NCBI GenBank assembly: GCA_964438425.1
Contig: CAYTKM010000002.1
Span: forward strand, 9,546-73,545
Source of the DNA: an uncultured Gammaproteobacteria bacterium
GTDB lineage: Bacteria; Cyanobacteriota; Vampirovibrionia; LMEP-6097
Direction: 5' to 3'
Length of the DNA stretch: 64,000 bases
In this document: piece after piece, positions 58,704 to 64,000 of the stretch
Layout of the letters: each line of letters starts with the position of its first letter
Position numbering within the stretch: the first letter of the stretch is position 1
Notes under the pieces: model-generated
Databases searched by the model: none
What the model saw: the letters and a program-made list of their open reading frames with translations, nothing else
What the model was told of the DNA's origin: nothing
Program-made: the position numbers and the translations under genes

Positions 58704-59453
58704 ATGCGTCTAAACAAATTTATTGCAGCTCAGGGGATATGTTCAAGACGTAAGGCTGATGCCTTAATTGAAGCTGGCGAAGTGGCGGTGAATGGTAGTA
58801 TCTCAACTTTAGGTGTGCATTTAAAAGCTGGAGACCTGGTCGAAGTATCAGGTGAAAAGTATACTTTTAGTGAAAGTGTCACTAGTAAAAGAAAAATGGT
58901 GTATTTAGCTTTAAACAAGCCAGCTGGCATTGAAGCTACCTGCTCAGCTGATGTTAGCGATAATTTGATAGATTATATGCTCTCTAAACCTAGATTTGAG
59001 CATTTTAGCCAATATCGTTTATACCCTATCGGTAGATTAGATAAAGCTTCAAGAGGTCTTTTGCTTATCACTAATGATGGTAATTTGACTCATAAGTTAA
59101 CGCACCCGAGTTTTGAGCATAAAAAAACTTATCATGTACGTTTAGAAGAGCCGATCACTGAAGAATTTTTAATGTATTTTGGGCGCGGCGCTAAGATAGA
59201 AATAAAGAAAGGTGTACTAAAGCAAACTCAAAGATGCGAGCCAGTTAAATTAAATAGTCATACTTTTGAGGTGAGCTTGCATCAAGGTTTTAACCAGCAA
59301 ATCCGCAAACTCAGCTACAAATTAGGCAATGAAGTGGTCGATTTAAGACGAATTGCCTTTGCAGGCATCCAATTAAAAGACTTAAGAATTAGCGAAGGTG
59401 ACTTTTGTGAGTTAGAATATAAGTTGATTCAAAAACTAGGAAACTTAGCTTGA
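58704..59453 (+). CDS. pseudouridine synthase, RsuA/RluB family (S4 domain plus catalytic domain)
   Basis: N-terminal S4 (RLNKFIAAQGICSRRKADALIEAG). Catalytic Asp region YPIGRLDKASRGLLLITNDG. Confidence 0.8.
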   Translation: MRLNKFIAAQGICSRRKADALIEAGEVAVNGSISTLGVHLKAGDLVEVSGEKYTFSESVTSKRKMVYLALNKPAGIEATCSADVSDNLIDYMLSKPRFEHFSQYRLYPIGRLDKASRGLLLITNDGNLTHKLTHPSFEHKKTYHVRLEEPITEEFLMYFGRGAKIEIKKGVLKQTQRCEPVKLNSHTFEVSLHQGFNQQIRKLSYKLGNEVVDLRRIAFAGIQLKDLRISEGDFCELEYKLIQKLGNLA

Positions 59454-61579
59454 AAAAATTTCTTAATTTAAAAGTTTTATTAATCACTTTTTTAGTTCTG
59501 GTAGTTGCCCTACCAATTATCTTTTGGTTTAGCATTCCGCTGATTAACCGTGCGATGGGTGTACCTGATTTAAAAGTGCTGGAAGATTACCAGCCGATCG
59601 GTAGTATAGAATTATACGATTATCAAGACAATTTCTTAGGTGTGCTGCAAGGTAAAGAAGACAGGCAGGTAGTTAGTTTAAACCAAATGTCAGAGTATGC
59701 TGTAAAAGCTGTGCTGGCTGCTGAAGATAATCAATTCTTTAGGCACCATGGTTTCAGTCTTATGGGCTTTTCTAGAGCGATTTCCAAAAACATAGCCGCA
59801 GGTAAGATCGTGCAAGGTGGTAGTACCTTAACTCAGCAGATGGTAAAAAATTTGTTTATCAATGAAGATGAGCGTTTTAAAAAGAGTTATAAGCGTAAAG
59901 TAGTTGAGCTGTTGATCTCACTTGAAGTTGAGCGTAAATATAGTAAAGAAAAGATTTTAGAAACTTATTTAAATCAGGTTTATTTCGGTAATTTAGCCTA
60001 TGGTTTGGAAAGAGCAGCCCAGAGGTACTTCTCTAAACCGGCAAGTAAATTAACTTTAGTGGAAGGTAGTTATTTAGCTTCTTTACTTACTGCCCCAAGT
60101 TATCTATCTCAGGAGCTTGATAAAGCTAAAGACAGGCAGGCTTGGGTCTTAAAGCGTATGCTAGAGCTTGGTTATATTACTCAAGATGAGTATAAAGAAG
60201 CTACTGAAGCTGAGCTTAAATTTGATCGCTCGGCTGGTAGTCTTTCTAAGCATCCATACTATTTTACTTATATTGAACAGCAGTTAAAACAAAGATTTAC
60301 TAATAAAGAACTTAGAACTTTAGGTTTGAAAGTCTATACCTCGCTTGACCCTAAAGCTCAGGTGCAGGCTAATAAATACTTAACTACAGGTGTTAGAAAC
60401 GCTGCTTATGGTATTGACCAGGGTGCGCTGGTAACGATAGATGTAGATACTGCTCAGGTTAGAGCGCTTGTAGGTGGTGTCGGTGATTTCTGGAAACATC
60501 AATATAACCGTGCGGTTAATGATCATACGATCGGTAGTGGCTTTAAGCCATTTGTTTATCTGACAGCTTTTATGCAAGGTATAGTAGATCCAGATTCGAT
60601 GATTGAAGATACACCGCTTGCGATCGAAGATAAATATACTCATGATATTTGGACACCACAAAACTTTGATCACGAGTTTCATGGACCGATCACGGTCAAA
60701 GCAGCTTTGATCTTTTCTAGAAATATTCCTGCCATTAAAATTGCTTCTAGAGCTGGTCTTGAAAACATTATTGAAACAGCTAGAACTGCTGGTTTGGATT
60801 CGAAGATGAAACCATACTTACCACTTGCTTTAGGCGCTTTTGCTTTTTCACCACTTGAAGTAGCTAATGCCTACTCAACTTTAGCGCGTGGCGGTATTAG
60901 AATAGATCCTATTGTAATTAGATATATTAAAGATGCTGATGGACGTATTCGCGAGCGTAATGTACCGACTCCAGTCGATGCCCTCCCCCAAAGAGATGTA
61001 GCCACTTTAGTTGAAGTGATGCGTGATGTTGTTAAGTATGGTTCAGGCGCGCTAGCTAATATTCCTGGTAGAGATATAGCTGGTAAAACAGGTACCGCTG
61101 ATGGAGCCAGAGACATCTGGTTTACAGGCTTTACGCCTGATACAGTAACTACTGTTTGGGCTGGTAATGATCGTAATAAAGAAGTGGCTTCGCGCTACGC
61201 AACTGGTGGTAGTACTCCTGCCTGGATTTGGCGCGAATATATGAAATCTTATTATCGCGTGCATCCACAGCCTGCAACTTCATTCTTGTTTACTAATTAT
61301 TACCGCGAGTATGAAATTGATCCGTTAACGGGGTTGCTCGCAAACGAATACACTCCTAACCCAGTTATGCGTAAATTTATTCCAGGTACTGAGCCTAAAG
61401 AGTACGCACCAATCCCTAACTCACCTGACATCCGTAGTCGCAAACAAAATATCTTTCAAGAAAAGTTTCATGATTTTAAAAAGAAACTTAGATCTATAGA
61501 AGATGATAAGGTTAATTTTATTGAAAAAGTCATCAAACGTAATGAAAGACCGAAACCAAAACCGAAATTCTTCTTCTAA
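59450..61579 (+). CDS. mrcA: penicillin-binding protein 1A family (bifunctional glycosyltransferase/transpeptidase)
   Basis: GT51 motifs (EDNQFFRHHGF, GGSTLTQQ). Transpeptidase motifs SGFKP (SxxK), SRN and KTGT. Confidence 0.9.
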   Translation: MKKFLNLKVLLITFLVLVVALPIIFWFSIPLINRAMGVPDLKVLEDYQPIGSIELYDYQDNFLGVLQGKEDRQVVSLNQMSEYAVKAVLAAEDNQFFRHHGFSLMGFSRAISKNIAAGKIVQGGSTLTQQMVKNLFINEDERFKKSYKRKVVELLISLEVERKYSKEKILETYLNQVYFGNLAYGLERAAQRYFSKPASKLTLVEGSYLASLLTAPSYLSQELDKAKDRQAWVLKRMLELGYITQDEYKEATEAELKFDRSAGSLSKHPYYFTYIEQQLKQRFTNKELRTLGLKVYTSLDPKAQVQANKYLTTGVRNAAYGIDQGALVTIDVDTAQVRALVGGVGDFWKHQYNRAVNDHTIGSGFKPFVYLTAFMQGIVDPDSMIEDTPLAIEDKYTHDIWTPQNFDHEFHGPITVKAALIFSRNIPAIKIASRAGLENIIETARTAGLDSKMKPYLPLALGAFAFSPLEVANAYSTLARGGIRIDPIVIRYIKDADGRIRERNVPTPVDALPQRDVATLVEVMRDVVKYGSGALANIPGRDIAGKTGTADGARDIWFTGFTPDTVTTVWAGNDRNKEVASRYATGGSTPAWIWREYMKSYYRVHPQPATSFLFTNYYREYEIDPLTGLLANEYTPNPVMRKFIPGTEPKEYAPIPNSPDIRSRKQNIFQEKFHDFKKKLRSIEDDKVNFIEKVIKRNERPKPKPKFFF

Positions 61580-62387
61580 AAAGTTTAAAAGCTTTAAAAG
61601 TGGTTTAGCTGATAAAAGCGGATTTAAAGCTGGCACAAGTATTAAAACTGCTGATGAAGTGACTGAAAACCAAGAAAATAACAAGATTTTAGGTATTAAG
61701 CTGGTTGAAGAGTATCTAGATAGCGGCCATTCGATTAATAAAATCTGGATGTTAACTAGCGCAGCTAGTAAATTTAAAGATTTAGAGCTTAGAGCGCGCA
61801 AACTTAAGATACCAGTCTTTAAATTGAAGCGTGAAGAACTGCAAACCATCGCTGGTACCGATAAGCACCGCTCGGTAGTGGCTGAAATTGCTGCTGTGCC
61901 CTTGCATGATGTGAGTTATATCCTAGATAATAAGTTAAAAAAAGTGTTGTTTGCAGTTAATATAGAAGATCCACATAATTTAGGTGCGATTACTAGAACC
62001 GCTAAAGCTTTTGGGGTTGAAGCCGTTATGTTTTCTAACCGTAAGGCAAGCGCGATTACCGAAACAGTAATTAAAAGTAGTGCTGGTGCAGTTTTAAGTC
62101 TGCCGATGGTCAGAGTCGGTAATGCTGTAAGCTCACTTGAAAAGTTAAAAAAAGCTAATTATTGGGTTTATGGTACTGATGTTAAGAGTGAAAATACTTC
62201 AGCGGTGCGTGGCACTGAGTTTGCTGAGCAATCAATTTTAGTCATGGGGAATGAAGGTAGTGGCTTAAATGATAATATTAAAAAGCACTGTGATTTCATG
62301 CTACATATACCATGCGCGTATAATAGTTTAAATGTTTCAGTCGCAACGGGTATAGTATTAAGTGAAGTGTATTTGCAACAAAATTAA
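61503..62387 (+). CDS. rlmB: TrmH/SpoU-family RNA 2'-O-methyltransferase (RlmB-like) with a basic N-terminal extension; start uncertain (61503 or the ATG at 61542), overlapping the PBP gene's 3' end
   Basis: SpoU substrate-binding region (KLVEEYL...IWML) and SPOUT C-terminal motifs (VMGNEGSGL, LNVSVATGIVL). Confidence 0.8.
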   Translation: MIRLILLKKSSNVMKDRNQNRNSSSKKFKSFKSGLADKSGFKAGTSIKTADEVTENQENNKILGIKLVEEYLDSGHSINKIWMLTSAASKFKDLELRARKLKIPVFKLKREELQTIAGTDKHRSVVAEIAAVPLHDVSYILDNKLKKVLFAVNIEDPHNLGAITRTAKAFGVEAVMFSNRKASAITETVIKSSAGAVLSLPMVRVGNAVSSLEKLKKANYWVYGTDVKSENTSAVRGTEFAEQSILVMGNEGSGLNDNIKKHCDFMLHIPCAYNSLNVSVATGIVLSEVYLQQN

Positions 62388-62390
62388 TTA

Positions 62391-63494
62391 ATGGATTTTA
62401 AAGACTACTACCAGATTTTGCAAGTTAGCCGCCAGTCAGATGATGCTGAGATTAAAAAAGCATATAAAAAACTGGCTAAAATATACCACCCAGACAGCTC
62501 GCAGGGCTCAGAAGAAAAGTTTAAAGAAATTAATGAGGCTTATGCTGTTTTAAAAAGCTTCGATTCTAGGCGTAAGTATAACGATATTTACGATAGTCAG
62601 AGCACTTATCAAAGTCAGCATTCTAAAGAAAGCACTTATAAATCTGCTACCCAGAATCAGGCATACAAGCAAAAAATGTATAACGCCTACACTAAAAGTA
62701 ATCCATATAAAGAAACAGGCGCCAAAAATACTACAGATAACTATCGTGGTACTGAAACTAAGGCTCCGCCACCTAACTCCGGTACCAAAGGTAAAAAATC
62801 TGACCCACCAGAAGGTAGTTTTAGTGATTTCTTTAAAAAGTTCTTTGGTGATAATCAGCAAGATAGTGCAACTTATTCTAAGCAAGCTAATTCAAATGAT
62901 AAAACTAAAAACACTAATAGTAGCTCCAGTGCTAGCTCAAGCACTAAACGTAAGTCAAATGCTAAGCGCGGCGAGGATTATGAGATGAATATCGAGCTTG
63001 ATCTTGAAGATGCTTATCACGGTAGTACCCGCAAGCTTGAAATTAGTAGTACAGGACAAGGCTTAAAAAGACTGGAAGTTTTAATACCCGCCGGCGTGCG
63101 TGAAGGAAATCGCATAAAGATTGCTGGTGAAGGTAAGGCTGGTAAAAATGGTGGTGAAAATGGTGATCTATACCTGAAAATTAGAATTAAGCCACATCCG
63201 CTGTATCGAGTGGAAGAAGATGATACTCATATGGAACTAGATTTAGAGCCTTGGGAAGCTATTTTAGGTTGCGAGAAAGAAATTACTACTTTAGGCTCTA
63301 AAGTCGAGATTGTGATTCCAGCAGGTACCCCTCAGGGGAAAATTCTAAGATTGAGATCGAAAGGCTTGCCTAATGCCAAAACTGGCATGCAGGGCGATCA
63401 TTATGTGCATGCTAATATCGCTATTCGCGAGTATTATGAGCCTGAAGAGCTGGCGATTTACCGTAAACTTAGAAGGTTTCACGAAGGTTTTTAG
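62391..63494 (+). CDS. DnaJ-family co-chaperone of the CbpA type: J domain, low-complexity linker, DnaJ C-terminal domains, no zinc-finger region
   Basis: J domain with HPD ([14 protein letters not shown]). Ser/Thr/Gln/Lys-rich linker. C-terminal ...[21 protein letters not shown]... Confidence 0.75.
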   Translation: MDFKDYYQILQVSRQSDDAEIKKAYKKLAKIYHPDSSQGSEEKFKEINEAYAVLKSFDSRRKYNDIYDSQSTYQSQHSKESTYKSATQNQAYKQKMYNAYTKSNPYKETGAKNTTDNYRGTETKAPPPNSGTKGKKSDPPEGSFSDFFKKFFGDNQQDSATYSKQANSNDKTKNTNSSSSASSSTKRKSNAKRGEDYEMNIELDLEDAYHGSTRKLEISSTGQGLKRLEVLIPAGVREGNRIKIAGEGKAGKNGGENGDLYLKIRIKPHPLYRVEEDDTHMELDLEPWEAILGCEKEITTLGSKVEIVIPAGTPQGKILRLRSKGLPNAKTGMQGDHYVHANIAIREYYEPEELAIYRKLRRFHEGF

Positions 63495-63738
63495 ATTAAA
63501 TTTGAATTATCGATTTAATGTTTTGAAAGTTATTTGTTGAAATTATCTTTTTATGTTTAATCTATTGTGTAAATTCCTATAATTTTCACAAATTTATTTT
63601 ATATTACGTGTTTATAATGAAATTTTCATGTTTTTATGAATGATAAGTTGTTATTTATTAAATATATTTTTGAATAATTTCAATCAGCTTATTTAGTTGC
63701 TATGGCTTACTTCAAGTTACTTTAGTTAGCTTTATTTT

Positions 63739-64000
63739 TTAGTAAGCTCTATATACAAACTTAATTATCATCGGCTCATCATCATCGTCTTGATTAACTT
63801 TAATACGACTGTTTTTTAAAAATTGGAACACTTTTAAGTTATATCTGTAGTTTTCATTACTTTTTACCACTTTGATACTATCTGAGATTACATTATGATC
63901 TGCATCGGTTTTGAAGCTAAAATGACAGAACTGGTCATCTTTAAATTTATCACTGATCTTAGTAAATAGAATACCCTGGTTTTCGTAGAGAAAATCGTCA
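63739..64000 (-). CDS. hypothetical protein, 3' portion only (the gene starts beyond the window end)
   Basis: Open frame from 63999 down to TAA at 63739-63741 (...IKFVYRAY*). No recognisable domain. Confidence 0.4.
   Translation of the reverse strand, partial: DDFLYENQGILFTKISDKFKDDQFCHFSFKTDADHNVISDSIKVVKSNENYRYNLKVFQFLKNSRIKVNQDDDDEPMIIKFVYRAY

Overview
AT-rich (roughly one-third GC by eye) bacterial chromosomal segment. It uses the standard genetic code: UGA is a stop, including at the prfB frameshift site. The organism looks Gram-negative (kdsB, batA/batB, a class A PBP); the taxon cannot be assigned from sequence alone. Housekeeping content: partial lysS, ahpC, a Mn-type SOD, an isolated nuoB-nuoC pair, rpmH-rnpA, kdsB, a DUF58-BatA-BatB operon, a folB-pabB cluster, nadK, tadA, a polyprenyl synthase-elbB-ogt cluster, an acyl-CoA dehydrogenase, panB, prfB with the canonical +1 frameshift, an rsuA-like gene, a PBP1A gene, an rlmB-like gene and a cbpA-like DnaJ. 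Accessory and unusual content: (i) an island-like stretch at about 3.5-10.1 kb with two tandem paralogous hypothetical genes, a class II Fic gene interrupted by one in-frame TGA, a single-protein OLD-family ABC-ATPase/Toprim nuclease candidate (Gabija/PARIS-like defence), and two tandem ~208-bp repeats that each carry the last 8-18 nt of the adjacent tRNA-Ala(UGC) gene plus a terminator hairpin (att-like scars); (ii) a three-gene array at 47.4-55.4 kb of secreted proteins sharing a ~150-aa C-terminal dockerin/EF-hand-like plus basic module, two of them giant beta-helix surface proteins, with degenerate tandem repeats between them and a poly(A)6 tract that puts the signal peptide of one out of frame; (iii) a dispersed ~20-bp AT-rich motif (TAGAAAATAATTATAAATTT-like) in 30-bp phased tandem arrays in at least four intergenic regions; (iv) nuoB-nuoC with no flanking nuoA or nuoD and with unusual terminal extensions. 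Many hypothetical proteins have no recognisable family.
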